Below are positions 63,301-64,000 of a stretch of DNA of 64,000 bases, one piece after another. This stretch comes from Antedon mediterranea (lineage: Eukaryota; Animalia; Echinodermata), in assembly GCF_964355755.1 (NCBI RefSeq), contig NC_092675.1, positions 2,723,812-2,787,811 on the forward strand, written 5' to 3'. The notes under the pieces were generated by a model. The model did not search any database, was not told the DNA's origin, and worked only from the letters and a program-made list of their open reading frames with translations. Each line of letters starts with the position of its first letter. Position 1 is the first letter of the stretch. A program made the position numbers and the translations under genes.

Positions 63301-64000
63301 ATTAAAAATTGAATTATGAAAGTATGAAATATCTAAGTTTATTTATCCAATTAATTCACAATTCATAAAACTACCATAAATAATTTATCTTTCAAGGTTG
63401 TTTTCGGTGTAAAGTAAAGCTTGGTTCACATTGGGCGTAACCCAGCAAATGAGTGTTTAGTTGACGATTTACAGTTCTTTACATTATGGGTCAAAGCACT
63501 TACCCTAAACACATAAGATGCTCACCACCTTTAGGAAGAGACTTGGCCAGATCAAAATGTGCTATCTCATCAGGCAGCTTGCCACACATCAATTTATCAG
63601 GGCTACAATTGACAAACACAATACATTAAAAAAAAATAATTATAGGCCTACAACATATCTTACTTCTTAGGTGTATCTAGTTGAGCCAATCCAACAACTT
63701 TACTCTACTTGTTTGGCAAGTGAAATAAAAATGTTTGGAACATAAAAACCAGAATTGGTGTGTTACTGTTGGTATTATGAGAGGATTTAATGAATTTTTT
63801 GATATAACTCTTCTCAGAGAATATAGGCCAATGTCTGTTTATTCAGGTAAGTTAAGCACACAAAAAAATCTGCTAATTTACTTGCAAACTGTTCCAAGTT
63901 CATCAATTGTGGAATCTTCAACTTCCATCAACTGCACAATTTCTGATTTAATAAGTGCCTCCCTTTTTTCTGGGTCTTCATTTGAATTTTCTGTAGCGAT
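60336..64000 (-). CDS. SNAPC3: snRNA-activating protein complex subunit 3 (SNAP50), 5'-partial
   Basis: Exons >64000-63882, 63602-63504, 62591-62519, 62383-62279, 61973-61756, 61293-61126, 60831-60724, 60483-60336. Motifs KSSFLFIEGTFYND, LGYPYLYQHQGDCEH, CQIC...DPGFFCERCFKMLHYD, KFLAYPY match the SNAPC3 zinc-finger C-terminus. Confidence 0.92.
61321..61480. mobile_element. MITE family A partial copy
   Basis: TGTCTACACTATCAAACTTTATGTGAC plus four ATATCACTACCATATTTAGGT units. Confidence 0.75.
62626..63251. mobile_element. 626-bp TTAA-flanked non-autonomous transposon (Kolobok-like), copy 2, in a SNAPC3 intron
   Basis: Same length, orientation and TTAA flanks as 13922-14547, with only scattered substitutions. 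Confidence 0.85.

Overview
AT-rich, intron-containing animal genomic DNA. An invertebrate deuterostome such as an echinoderm is my inference from gene structure and repeat style and cannot be proven here. Six protein-coding genes were reconstructed by hand from splice sites and reading frame: the last exon of an endophilin-A (SH3, +), DET1 (-), hnRNP K (+) hosting miR-7 in its last intron, AMACR (-), MORF4L1/MRG15 (+), and the 3' part of SNAPC3 (-). DET1/hnRNPK and AMACR/MORF4L1 are head-to-head pairs; MORF4L1/SNAPC3 are tail-to-tail. The non-coding DNA holds a 5S-rRNA-headed SINE-like element, a tRNA/CORE-like SINE with an 11-bp TSD, a Penelope-type hammerhead ribozyme remnant, many non-autonomous DNA transposons and several minisatellites. 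The four most notable observations are: (1) a 226-nt AG-free, C-rich zone in front of the frameshifting 44-nt KH1 exon of hnRNP K, a candidate autoregulatory splicing-NMD switch; (2) a 63-nt minisatellite built from the SNAPC3 C-terminus and stop codon, with a detached copy in the neighbouring 3'UTR; (3) gene linkage resembling the ancestor of the vertebrate miR-7 loci; (4) candidate cassette exons in hnRNP K and endophilin. Most short ORFs in the supplied track are spurious. All coordinates were counted by eye and may be off by a few bases.
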